Shown here: piece after piece, positions 9,924-17,552 of the stretch
Position numbering within the stretch: position 1 is the stretch's first letter
How the letters are laid out: each line of letters starts with the position of its first letter
DNA from: a virus
DNA: 64,000 nucleotides
Direction: 5' to 3' (one strand)
IMG/VR virus record: IMGVR_UViG_3300032046_000001
Span: 232,551-296,550 of that record
Made by a program: the position numbers and the translations under genes
Notes under the pieces: model-generated
Databases searched by the model: none
Told to the model about the DNA's origin: nothing
The model's input: the letters and a program-made list of their open reading frames with translations, nothing else

Positions 9924-11168
9924 TCATACAGTATATCTATTCGATCTAATCAGATAAAGAACGGCTACTAAGTTCCAATCTCTTGTTCTATGAAAATTTA
10001 ATAATACTGATTTCATAATATATTTTCCAACAAGATTAATATATTCTGATGTTTCAGTATTAAATTTCACACACTCACCAACAGAATCAATCAATGTTAA
10101 AAAATTAATATCTCGTTCCAAACGAAAATTAATATTTGCCATATTTGCTATGATTTTAGACATAGTTGAGATTACAAATGTATTATCTTTATTATATCCA
10201 GTATGTTGAACATAATATCTTGTTCGATCATCAATATTTGGATCTAATTTAATCTGTTTATTTTTATCAATTAACCCATACTTGGTTGCTATATTTTCTA
10301 AATCTTCTTCTATTTTATAATATAAAGTGTCAACTGGTTTTGATATATATTTAATATTTTTTGAAAATATAGAAAATTTTGTATTGTCAGAATTATCGAT
10401 GTTGATTGCATCATAAGTATAGAATGTTTTTCCGTCACTTGTTTTCTTTATTTTTTCTAAATTATTAGAATCACTAGCTAATTGATAAAAAGTACATTTT
10501 GGAGTTTCATTCATTTTCTGCGTCAAATTATTAACATGTACTTCATTATTATAACGACAATGACTATGTGTGATTCCTTTAAAAATACCGAATGTTTCAT
10601 CAAGAGAATTAATAGCATTAGTCAATGTAGTTGGTGGAATAATTACTTGATCAATCACAGTATTATTTAGATTTGCTGAATCTAAAACTAATTTAGAATT
10701 TGTTTTTGTTGATTTTACAAGATCTTGTAAAATATTACTGATTGTTTTTCCAATGAAAATTTTATTAACAAGCGAAGACATTGTTTTAAAAGGTTTTCTT
10801 GTTACACATGTTAATGGGAATGATACGCGCTCAGTTTGTTTATCTGTATATATCTGGGGGCTGATTGGTATAGAATATTCAGATTTTAAAAACATCAATT
10901 CTAAATCTATTCGTTGTCCGGCCATCCCTTCTCCTTCACCAACATTAATAATTGAAAGTTTTATTGGATCTTCGCCATTTATGTTTGTGATAATATCTCT
11001 TGCATCAACAAATATTGTCATTTTTACTATAGTGTATATAGAATTGATTGTTTCAATGACTTGACAATCAACAAGATCGTTAGAATAATCAGTATTCTTA
11101 ATATGTAGTTGGATATCATATTTTCTACTTGGGACAAATTGTCTTTTATCTATTTGATTTGGCAACAC
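9924..11168 (-). CDS. hypothetical protein (414 aa), flanked by two GIY-YIG genes
   Basis: Long ORF with no recognisable motifs. Confidence 0.5.
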   Translation of the reverse strand: MLPNQIDKRQFVPSRKYDIQLHIKNTDYSNDLVDCQVIETINSIYTIVKMTIFVDARDIITNINGEDPIKLSIINVGEGEGMAGQRIDLELMFLKSEYSIPISPQIYTDKQTERVSFPLTCVTRKPFKTMSSLVNKIFIGKTISNILQDLVKSTKTNSKLVLDSANLNNTVIDQVIIPPTTLTNAINSLDETFGIFKGITHSHCRYNNEVHVNNLTQKMNETPKCTFYQLASDSNNLEKIKKTSDGKTFYTYDAINIDNSDNTKFSIFSKNIKYISKPVDTLYYKIEEDLENIATKYGLIDKNKQIKLDPNIDDRTRYYVQHTGYNKDNTFVISTMSKIIANMANINFRLERDINFLTLIDSVGECVKFNTETSEYINLVGKYIMKSVLLNFHRTRDWNLVAVLYLIRSNRYTV

Positions 11169-11175
11169 CGTTCTC

Positions 11176-12045
11176 CTATATTTTGATATGATTCCACGTT
11201 ATACCAGTTTTTATATTTGAGATTGTTTTTCGATTAACTCCAAATATATCAGCAATTTCTCTTTGTAATAATTTTCCTTCTTTTAATAATAATTTTATCT
11301 GAATAACATCTTGTGATATTAATATTGAATTATAATTTTTTTCACCTTTTTGATTTAATTCTCCATTTTTATATTTTTCTTTTATTGTTTCACTAATTTT
11401 TTTTCTTGCATCTTCATCTACACAAATAGAACAACTACATCCTTGTTGAAAATGATTCCAGTTAATAGAACCTTTATGTCCTTTTGGACATGTATATTCT
11501 AATATTGTTTCATTATTTTTATAATCTTTTTCTTCTGATAGTAAAATATATTTTCTTTTTTCAAATTCATTTTTTATATAAGAGAAATTTTTTCTATTTT
11601 TCTCACCTATTTTATTTTTAGTTTCTTTTAATAAATGTTTTCCAAAATTCGGATGATTTTCACCTCTATTTATTTCGCTTAATTTTTGTTTTGTTTCTTC
11701 TGTATGTTTATAACCACTTATTCCTTCACCACCATCTGTAATATTAACTAGAATTCCTGGATTTTTTATATTAATTTCATTTATCAATTCAACTTCTTTT
11801 TCAAATGATTTTTCTTCATTTAAATTCTCATATAATTTAAAAAAAATTAGTTCCAATCCAGATGATTTTATTTTATTAATTTTTCTTATAAAATAATCAC
11901 TTCTTCTGTTTTCACCAATTTCTTTCCATCTTTCATTACTTCCCTTACCGACATACATTGGTTTATATAAAAAACTAAAATTTTCATAACAATACTGTCC
12001 CGATGTTCTCGGATCTAAGTAAATATAAATATAAAATTCATTCAT
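11176..12045 (-). CDS. GIY-YIG homing endonuclease with one copy of the Cys/His repeat module and a C-terminal HTH
   Basis: MNEFYIYIYLDPR...YVGKG. NEFEKRKYILLSEEKDY...CPKGHKGSINWNHFQQGCSCSIC matches the repeat in 3..833. C-terminal REIADIFGVNRKTISNIK. Confidence 0.8.
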   Translation of the reverse strand: MNEFYIYIYLDPRTSGQYCYENFSFLYKPMYVGKGSNERWKEIGENRRSDYFIRKINKIKSSGLELIFFKLYENLNEEKSFEKEVELINEINIKNPGILVNITDGGEGISGYKHTEETKQKLSEINRGENHPNFGKHLLKETKNKIGEKNRKNFSYIKNEFEKRKYILLSEEKDYKNNETILEYTCPKGHKGSINWNHFQQGCSCSICVDEDARKKISETIKEKYKNGELNQKGEKNYNSILISQDVIQIKLLLKEGKLLQREIADIFGVNRKTISNIKTGITWNHIKI

Positions 12046-12192
12046 TTCAAACTCCTTGTTTGTTTATTCCCTTGAATTTTTAAAGAGAGCAGGATAATCA
12101 AGGTTTTATCTTTTCGATTCGCGTAATCTATCTCTCTTATTAATTTGTTCCCATATAAAAGACAAAAAAAAAATAAAGTGATAAAATAGAAT

Positions 12193-12226
12193 AACTACCA
12201 TAACATCTTCGGGTGTTATGGTAGTT
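12193..12226 (-). terminator. hairpin with a 13-15 bp stem and a UUCG tetraloop
   Basis: aactaccataaca-TCTTCGG-tgttatggtagtt. It lies between the 3' end of the 12257/12330 genes and the start of the GIY-YIG gene at 12045. On the - strand it is followed by an AU-rich tract. Confidence 0.6.
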
Positions 12227-12256
12227 AAATATCAATAGAATTAATATAATATCATT

Positions 12257-12442
12257 TCATTTTGAAAATAGAAGTAATCCATAAATAATAGTGTTAATTA
12301 CAACGACAACAAGTCCTAATGATTCTTCTTTACTTATTCCTTTTCTGAGTCCACCAATGGCACAAAGTACCATAAAGATTGTTAATATAATGAACCATCC
12401 GTAATAAAGCGTGTTCATCGAGATCGTCATAGTCATAATCAT
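12257..12442 (-). CDS. small hydrophobic membrane protein (about 59 aa)
   Basis: AGGAGA sits just before ATGATTATG. Translates to MIMTMTISMNTLYYGWFIILTIFMVLCAIGG. Overlaps the 3' end of 12330..13220 in another frame. Confidence 0.3.
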   Translation of the reverse strand: MIMTMTISMNTLYYGWFIILTIFMVLCAIGGLRKGISKEESLGLVVVVINTIIYGLLLFSK

Positions 12443-13220
12443 TCTCCTTTTTTAATCTTTTATTCACCAATTCAAGTGATTTTTCTAATAATATTTTTTC
12501 GGCTTGATGACACCCAAATTGTGTACCAGACATTCCAGGAAAATAAAATTTATTCATTCCAAACATTGCCCATTCGAATATTCTGAATTTGATGAATTCT
12601 TCTTTAAATCGACCATCTAAGAAAGTTTCAAAATATATTTTTTTCATTGATCTATGAAAATCTAATTTAAAACTTGACGATTCAATATGACCCAATTCAT
12701 AATCTTGAAAATGTTCATATGAACGTTTAATACCATCTTGATATATCTGATATTCTTTTTCTAGTTGTTCTCGATAGTTACAAATTCTACCACAATCATC
12801 TATACAAAAATTTGTCATCATTTCATAAATTTCTCGAAGAACAAACATACCAGAACCTATAGTTTTTAAATCAAGTCCATCTTCTCTACTACAAACAAAT
12901 GGTTTATCATAACAACTATCATAATGAGATATTTCAGTTATATTTTCTAATTTATATCCAGTTTTGTTTTCGAGAAAATTTACGTGTTCAAGACAAGATG
13001 GATCTTTACGATCAATATCAATAGTTCCATAATCACCATAATCACCGTATATTGGTAAAGTGATTGGTGAATAGATACACCAAGGATATATCAAAATATT
13101 ATTTGAATCACCAATTATATGATTTGGATACTTGGTTTTTTCTAATGGAAAATATACAACTTCGTCACCACAATGAATACTTAATCCTGATATAGAGCAG
13201 GTAACATTGAATGAACCCAT
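12330..13220 (-). CDS. hypothetical protein (296 aa)
   Basis: Long ORF with no motifs. Confidence 0.5.
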   Translation of the reverse strand: MGSFNVTCSISGLSIHCGDEVVYFPLEKTKYPNHIIGDSNNILIYPWCIYSPITLPIYGDYGDYGTIDIDRKDPSCLEHVNFLENKTGYKLENITEISHYDSCYDKPFVCSREDGLDLKTIGSGMFVLREIYEMMTNFCIDDCGRICNYREQLEKEYQIYQDGIKRSYEHFQDYELGHIESSSFKLDFHRSMKKIYFETFLDGRFKEEFIKFRIFEWAMFGMNKFYFPGMSGTQFGCHQAEKILLEKSLELVNKRLKKENDYDYDDLDEHALLRMVHYINNLYGTLCHWWTQKRNK

Positions 13221-13363
13221 TATTCTTCTTCCTCTCTAATTTTCTTTTTTCTATTATAAATTTTTTTATTTGGTACTATTTTAGTTGTTGGATCTCTAGT
13301 CCATATTCTTCTAATCTTTTTAATAATCTCAAGTTCTGATATTTTATTTTTCATATTTTATAT

Positions 13364-13945
13364 TTAAACCTTGATATGATTCCAATATTTTTCAGTTCTT
13401 ATGTTCGATATCATATTTGATGAAATATTATATATTTTGGAGATCTCTATATTTTTAAAATTTAATTTAAATAACATTTTTATTTGAATAATTTTTAAAT
13501 TTGTTAATTTATGATTTCCCGATTTTTCACCAGATCTTTTAATACCAAACATTGGATTATTTTTTCCAATATAATTTCCTTTTGGATTATGATTATATGA
13601 ATGTATTGGATGAAATTTCGATTCTAAGTTATCAACAAAATTATTTTTTTTATTCTCATCGACATGATGAATATCATAATCTTTTTTTAATTTTTCTTTA
13701 AAAGTTTCATAAATCAATCTATGAATATAAATTGTTTTTCGTTTATTATTATTATTAAATAATCCTATTTTTAAATATCCATCTTTATTTTTATTTTGTT
13801 TTAATATTTTACAACAAATACCTCGACACTTTTTAAAACTTTTTATTCTACCGAAATTACTTACTAAATAATCAGGAAAATTTTTTATAACTTTCCAGAA
13901 CTCTCCTTCTAAATTATTAATATCTAAATTTTCATAAATTTTCAT
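13364..13945 (-). CDS. HNH homing endonuclease (NUMOD4-like N-terminus, C-terminal HTH)
   Basis: MKIYENLDINNLEGEFWKVI...YLVSNFGRIKS. DIHHVDENKKNN (HNH). C-terminal ISSNMISNIR. Confidence 0.75.
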   Translation of the reverse strand: MKIYENLDINNLEGEFWKVIKNFPDYLVSNFGRIKSFKKCRGICCKILKQNKNKDGYLKIGLFNNNNKRKTIYIHRLIYETFKEKLKKDYDIHHVDENKKNNFVDNLESKFHPIHSYNHNPKGNYIGKNNPMFGIKRSGEKSGNHKLTNLKIIQIKMLFKLNFKNIEISKIYNISSNMISNIRTEKYWNHIKV

Positions 13946-13967
13946 TTTAAATCTCCAAAAAAATAAA

Positions 13968-14050
13968 CGGAGAGGGTGGGATTCAAACCCACGGACCTTT
14001 CAGCCACTGATTTTCAAGATCAGTATCATAAATCACTCGATCACCTCTCC
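13968..14050 (-). tRNA. tRNA-Ser (anticodon UGA), class II
   Basis: Reverse complement GGAGAGGTGATCGAG...ACTGAT-CTTGAAA-ATCAGT...GTGGGTTTGAATCCCACCCTCTCCG. Perfect 7-bp acceptor stem, T-loop present, long variable arm. Confidence 0.8.
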
Positions 14051-14057
14051 TTAAATC

Positions 14058-14261
14058 TTAATAAGTCACAAAACCATCTGGATCAACACCCAGATCATCA
14101 ACTTCGATTTCAGTTTCTTCATAATCTCGATCATCCTGAATTTCAGGATGTAGTTTATAATATTTTTCCAAACCTTCTTCAGTAAATACACCAACAATGT
14201 TGGTTCCAGGAGCAATGTATGGATCATCAGGTATAGTTTTCGTTAAAAGAATCAATTTCAT
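14058..14261 (-). CDS. small acidic protein (67 aa)
   Basis: An AAAGGTGA SD precedes the ATG. The + strand ORF at 13976..14185 overlaps the tRNA and is spurious. Confidence 0.45.
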   Translation of the reverse strand: MKLILLTKTIPDDPYIAPGTNIVGVFTEEGLEKYYKLHPEIQDDRDYEETEIEVDDLGVDPDGFVTY

Positions 14262-14293
14262 TCACCTTTCTAATATTTAATTTTAACGATTTT

Positions 14294-14420
14294 ATCTTTG
14301 ATTTATTCCGATCTTAATCGATTTAAATATACTAATTAAATTTCTAATTGATTGAATAGTCAAAATAATCATAAGTATGCCAATTATCATCAATAATATT
14401 CCAATTATATAATCAAACAT
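14294..14420 (-). CDS. small hydrophobic peptide (about 41 aa, MFDYIIGILLMIIGILMIILTIQSIRN...)
   Basis: Found by manual translation (below the ORF-track size cutoff). AAAGGG lies upstream. Single transmembrane-like segment. Confidence 0.3.
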
Positions 14421-14457
14421 TAATTGTGCCCTTTCGAAATAAAAAAATAAAAACATT

Positions 14458-14534
14458 CGAGACGGATCGGAACAATCGCTATTTAACCACCACCCATTAT
14501 GGGAATAGTGCGATTTTATTTCCGATCCGTCTCG
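14458..14534 (-). terminator. long structured hairpin (15-bp GC-rich stem, 47-nt structured loop) followed on the - strand by a U-rich tract
   Basis: cgagacggatcggaa...ttccgatccgtctcg, then rc(aaaaaaataaaaacatt), which is T-rich. Lies immediately 3' of the 14592..15440 gene. Confidence 0.6.
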
Positions 14535-14591
14535 TCATCATTCGAATTCACAATCTTCGAGATCCCCAAATCTCAATTCAGTGAAGGAACC

Positions 14592-15440
14592 TTAGTGGTT
14601 CAGAAGATATTCATACGCAGTGGCGAGTTCATCACCCAGGATATCAACCGGAGGCACACCAGGATACCTTCTCAATGTATATTCAATATCCTGGAAGAAA
14701 ATCTTCCGGTAGTCATCGGGATCAATCGTTCCGAAGAAGCGCAGCGAATCAATTATCGGATGTACATATGGTATCACCGGATTTATTTCCATACCAATTA
14801 TCAAAAATGGGAGAACCGATCGCCGGGCAAATTTGTATTGTGGGATAATTGCGCCCAACTGACCTTTTGTACAGTATATGTACATATCGAGAAGTTTTTC
14901 CTGGCCTCGATATTGAAGAGGTGTCTGGCCGAGAGTACATGTGTATTGGGTATAGTTGTTATAGTAGGACCAGAAATGGGACAATTCGTGGTCGATCATG
15001 CCGATGAGTATATCATCATCACAACCACAGAATGATGTCAGGAAATCGGTATTCATTACCCAATAGATATTGTATGGACCATCATATAAGATGTGTGGAA
15101 TAGTCCATGATGGTTCGCCTTCAGCAAATGTAACGGTACTTGGCCATGCGGGAGACATAACATATACATTGTCTTCACTGGATGTTAATCCATACTCGGC
15201 CAGCCGATATGCGGCATTATTGGTGGTCATATCATTTGTTACCAGGATGACCTTGATCTTATGTTGCCATGTTGGGAATTCGATACTCCAATACTTAACA
15301 AGAGCATGTTTCCATGCTTTTTCAGCCGATTCGACAGTCAGAGGAAAGTACTGGCTATCAGCGAAACTGGTATTAACTATACCGAAAATCAAAGCCAATG
15401 TTAAAAATACCATTGCGAACTTCACAGTAAAAATTTTCAT
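14592..15440 (-). CDS. secreted HExxH metallopeptidase-like protein (signal peptide), in a GC-richer segment
   Basis: N-terminus MKIFTVKFAMVFLTLALIFGIVNTSFA. Motif IDHELSHFW. Local GC is clearly above the window background. Confidence 0.55.
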   Translation of the reverse strand: MKIFTVKFAMVFLTLALIFGIVNTSFADSQYFPLTVESAEKAWKHALVKYWSIEFPTWQHKIKVILVTNDMTTNNAAYRLAEYGLTSSEDNVYVMSPAWPSTVTFAEGEPSWTIPHILYDGPYNIYWVMNTDFLTSFCGCDDDILIGMIDHELSHFWSYYNNYTQYTCTLGQTPLQYRGQEKLLDMYIYCTKGQLGAIIPQYKFARRSVLPFLIIGMEINPVIPYVHPIIDSLRFFGTIDPDDYRKIFFQDIEYTLRRYPGVPPVDILGDELATAYEYLLNH

Positions 15441-15505
15441 GCTTTTTCTCCCTTTTCAATATAGGTGTTAAATAATATAAGTGAGATTGGGGATCTCAGA
15501 TAAAT

Positions 15506-15585
15506 TGGGAGGTCATATCGGATTCGAACCGATGCCTTCGAATTCGCGCGTAACCCGAAACTCTGGCCACTGAGTTTAATGACCT
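15506..15585 (-). tRNA. tRNA-like sequence with an anomalous anticodon arm (possible pseudo-tRNA; encoded CCA)
   Basis: Acceptor AGGTCAT/ATGACCT, T-arm ATCGG-TTCGAAT-CCGAT and a D-arm are present. The 24-nt central region CGGGTTACGCGCGAATTCGAAGGC does not fold into a canonical 5-bp/7-nt anticodon arm. Confidence 0.3.
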
Positions 15586-15602
15586 CATAAAAATTCAAAT
15601 AG

Positions 15603-15676
15603 GGTGAGGTACGAGATTCGAACTCGTATATCTGGATTCACAGTCCAGCACCTGTCTCCGTTCGGTTAACCCCACC
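15603..15676 (-). tRNA. tRNA-His (GUG) with encoded G-1
   Basis: Reverse complement G-GTGGGGT...CTGGA-CTGTGAA-TCCAG...ACGAG-TTCGAAT-CTCGT-ACCTCAC-C. Confidence 0.8.
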
Positions 15677-15683
15677 ATAAAAA

Positions 15684-15756
15684 TGAGCTGTACTGGATTC
15701 GAACCAGTGACGACTTCATTAAAAGTGAAGTGCTCTACCAACTGAGCTAACAGCCC
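15684..15756 (-). tRNA. tRNA-Lys (UUU)
   Basis: GGGCTGT-TA-GCTCAGTTGGTAGAGC-A-CTTCA-CTTTTAA-TGAAG-TCGTC-ACTGG-TTCGAAT-CCAGT-ACAGCTC-A. Confidence 0.85.
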
Positions 15757-15767
15757 GTAATTTCAAG

Positions 15768-15839
15768 CGACACTATGGAGAATCGAACTCCAGTTAGATG
15801 ATCGACAGTCATCTGTCCTAACCACTGGACGATAGTGCC
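15768..15839 (-). tRNA. tRNA-Asp (GUC)
   Basis: GGCACTA-TC-GTCCAGTGGTTAGGAC-A-GATGA-CTGTCGA-TCATC-TAAC-TGGAG-TTCGATT-CTCCA-TAGTGTC-G. Confidence 0.85.
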
Positions 15840-15847
15840 ATTTTATA

Positions 15848-15932
15848 ATCGAACTGAAGGAATCGAACCTCCATTCACCAGAAGCAAGAATGGAATTGAA
15901 CCATTAATGATATGCCTATCACCATTACTCGA
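15848..15932 (-). tRNA. degenerate class II tRNA-like sequence (possible tRNA-Leu CAA) or tRNA 3'-half remnants
   Basis: Two T-arm-like hairpins, AATGG-TTCAATT-CCATT and GGAGG-TTCGATT-CCTTC. The acceptor pairing is imperfect (6/7 with two G.U pairs). There is an extra nucleotide at positions 8-9. Position 37 would be a pyrimidine. Confidence 0.25.
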
Positions 15933-15935
15933 TAA

Positions 15936-16009
15936 CAGGTCAGAGAGGATTTGAACCCCCGATCTTCGGATTTGGAGTCCGATGTTCTACCAAATTGAAC
16001 TACTGACCT
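15936..16009 (-). tRNA. tRNA-Trp (CCA)
   Basis: AGGTCAG-TA-GTTCAATTTGGTAGAAC-A-TCGGA-CTCCAAA-TCCGA-AGATC-GGGGG-TTCAAAT-CCTCT-CTGACCT-G. Confidence 0.8.
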
Positions 16010-16112
16010 ATTTGAGATTTCAGAAATGATATCCAATCAATATTCCATAATTATAACCACCAATATCGACTTTTTCACTAAAAATTAAAATAACATTTGG
16101 ATCGGTATCAGA

Positions 16113-16305
16113 TTAAAATAATGGAACTATATGAAAATTAATAGGAATACCACATCCGGTACACCCTTCAATACATGAACTTTTTTCAGGCATCAGATCG
16201 AAAAATTCCAATGCCTTTCTCACTTTATGGCACTTCTCAGGGGGTTGGTACGTCAAATGTAATATATTCATTTAGTACAGTTCCTTCAACATGTAATACA
16301 TCCAT
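16113..16305 (-). pseudogene. Cys-rich small protein gene interrupted by a frameshift at a C5 (G5 on +) homopolymer. Paralog of 17156..17410.
   Basis: A perfect AGGAGG SD precedes the ATG. Translates to MDVLHVEGTVLNEYITFDVPTP then TGA. The +1 frame continues PEKCHKVRKALEFFDLMPEKSSCIEGCTGCGIPINFHIVPLF, which matches the paralog's C-terminus ...SSCTDGCTGCGFNIDI. Adding one C at 16240-16244 restores the frame. Confidence 0.4.
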
Positions 16306-16320
16306 TTTGATTCCTCCTAA

Positions 16321-16500
16321 TTAGAAATCGATTTGTAAACTTATTGTATCTTTTTCAATTCCGTCATCATCTGTTTCTTCGAACACAATTTCTTCAATTT
16401 CAGTTTGACTTGCAAAACCATCATCATAAACCAAAACTTCTACATCACCATGTTTTTTAATAATTTTTTCAATCCTATCAATTAATTCTGATGCTAACAT
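16321..16500 (-). CDS. small acidic protein (59 aa, MLASELIDRIEKIIKKHGDVEVLVYDDGFASQTEIEE...)
   Basis: An AAGGGG SD lies upstream. Manually translated; below the ORF-track cutoff. Confidence 0.4.
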   Translation of the reverse strand: MLASELIDRIEKIIKKHGDVEVLVYDDGFASQTEIEEIVFEETDDDGIEKDTISLQIDF

Positions 16501-16521
16501 AAATACCCCTTTTTAAAAAAT

Positions 16522-16598
16522 TGGTCGCACCGTGGAGATTTGAACTCCAATCCGAATAGCCGATCAAGCTATCCAATCCTTTGATTAAACTCTGCCCA
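16522..16598 (-). tRNA. tRNA-like sequence (anticodon arm GAU, Ile-like) with an intact 3' half and encoded CCA but a non-pairing 5' half
   Basis: T-arm TGGAG-TTCAAAT-CTCCA. Acceptor 3' strand CGGTGCG-A-CCA. Anticodon arm ATAGC-TTGATCG-GCTAT. No complementary 5' acceptor strand was found in the preceding 26 nt. Confidence 0.3.
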
Positions 16599-16658
16599 TA
16601 TACAACTATGGCGGACTTTATTTAATCAGATCCCTATTAGACGACGGTGCTAAATAAG

Positions 16659-16731
16659 TTGACGTGAAAGGACTTGAACCTTTGACCTAACGCTTATAAG
16701 GCGTTTGCTCTAACCAACTGAGCTACACGTC
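16659..16731 (-). tRNA. tRNA-Ile (UAU)
   Basis: TGACGTG-TA-GCTCAGTTGGTTAGAGC-A-AACGC-CTTATAA-GCGTT-AGGTC-AAAGG-TTCAAGT-CCTTT-CACGTCA-A. Confidence 0.8.
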
Positions 16732-16749
16732 AAACTATGATACTAAAAA

Positions 16750-17211
16750 TTAACCACCGAATGTTTGTCTGAATATTTCCCTAAATTCATTATATGGAAT
16801 CATATTTTTTCCTTGTGATCCCTGGACACAAGTCATACCACAAAATTTTGAAATTTTGAGATTTTCAGTTGAATCTACTTGAAGCGGATTCTTTTCAAAC
16901 ACTGTTTGAGCTAAAGTTATACAAAAATCAGTATCTCTACCAATTCCTGCATTATATGCAGCTTGATATATGGCGTATAAATTACCACACGCCTTTTCAA
17001 ACTGTTCATTTTTTTGCTGTGTCTGTTCCAATTGGTTCTGACCTTGACTTGGAACTGGTGGAGCAACCGGATAATTTCTGGTACAACCAAAGAGTAATAC
17101 CATCAACACAATTGAAAAAAGTTTTGCGTATCCCCTTTTCTTTGAATAATTTAAATTAAAATGGCTGGAGAAGATCGATATCAATATTGAATCCGCATCC
17201 AGTGCATCCAT
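16750..17211 (-). CDS. putative lipoprotein (GC-richer gene)
   Basis: KKRGYAKLFSIVLMVLLFGC reads as n-region, h-region and lipobox Cys. Gln-rich linker. Confidence 0.45.
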   Translation of the reverse strand: MDALDADSILISIFSSHFNLNYSKKRGYAKLFSIVLMVLLFGCTRNYPVAPPVPSQGQNQLEQTQQKNEQFEKACGNLYAIYQAAYNAGIGRDTDFCITLAQTVFEKNPLQVDSTENLKISKFCGMTCVQGSQGKNMIPYNEFREIFRQTFGG

Positions 17212-17410
17212 CCGTGCAGGAGCTATTCACAGGAATGATGCTAAAGAATCCCAACGAGTCTCGTACTCGTGTACATATCGCAGGTGTAGGAACATTGAAG
17301 GTAATATGTTCGCCTGTGTCCATAGTACCTTCAACATGCAACGTTTCTTCAAATATGGAAAGATGTTTTACCTTATCTCTTTGAGATGAATTCATTATAA
17401 TTTCCTCCAT
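17156..17410 (-). CDS. Cys-rich small protein (84 aa) with C-terminal SSCTDGCTGCG motif
   Basis: Paralog of the frameshifted gene at 16113..16305 (shared LHVEGT...ITF[DN]VPTP...SSC..GCTGCG). Confidence 0.45.
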   Translation of the reverse strand: MEEIIMNSSQRDKVKHLSIFEETLHVEGTMDTGEHITFNVPTPAICTRVRDSLGFFSIIPVNSSCTDGCTGCGFNIDIDLLQPF

Positions 17411-17431
17411 TTAAAGTGTGATAAAAAATAG

Positions 17432-17502
17432 TGGCACTATGGAGGATCGAACTCCAGTTGGATGATCGAAGGTCATCTGTCCTGCCATTAGACGATAGTG
17501 CC
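17432..17502 (-). tRNA. tRNA-Glu (UUC), paralog of the tRNA-Asp gene, with unusual C33
   Basis: GGCACTA-TC-GTCTAATGGCAGGAC-A-GATGA-CCTTCGA-TCATC-CAAC-TGGAG-TTCGATC-CTCCA-TAGTGCC-A. Differs from tRNA-Asp mainly in the anticodon loop. Confidence 0.7.
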
Positions 17503-17532
17503 GAATAAAAAATTTGATTGTATTACTACTTT

Positions 17533-17552
17533 CACATATTAATATATATAAA
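17533..17552 (-). promoter_or_regulatory. conserved promoter-like 20-mer TCACATATTAATATATATAA (+ strand reading), 31 nt upstream of the tRNA-Glu 5' end
   Basis: Exact 20-mer also at 33076..33095 and 56276..56295. Variants at 18992, 34576 and 49096. Always sits 5' of - strand genes. Confidence 0.5.

Noticed and set aside
13220-13354. 44-aa Lys/Arg/Glu-rich ORF in the gap between the HNH gene and the 12330..13220 gene.
   Set aside because: No SD-like sequence (AT-only upstream). Low-complexity composition, so likely non-coding spacer.
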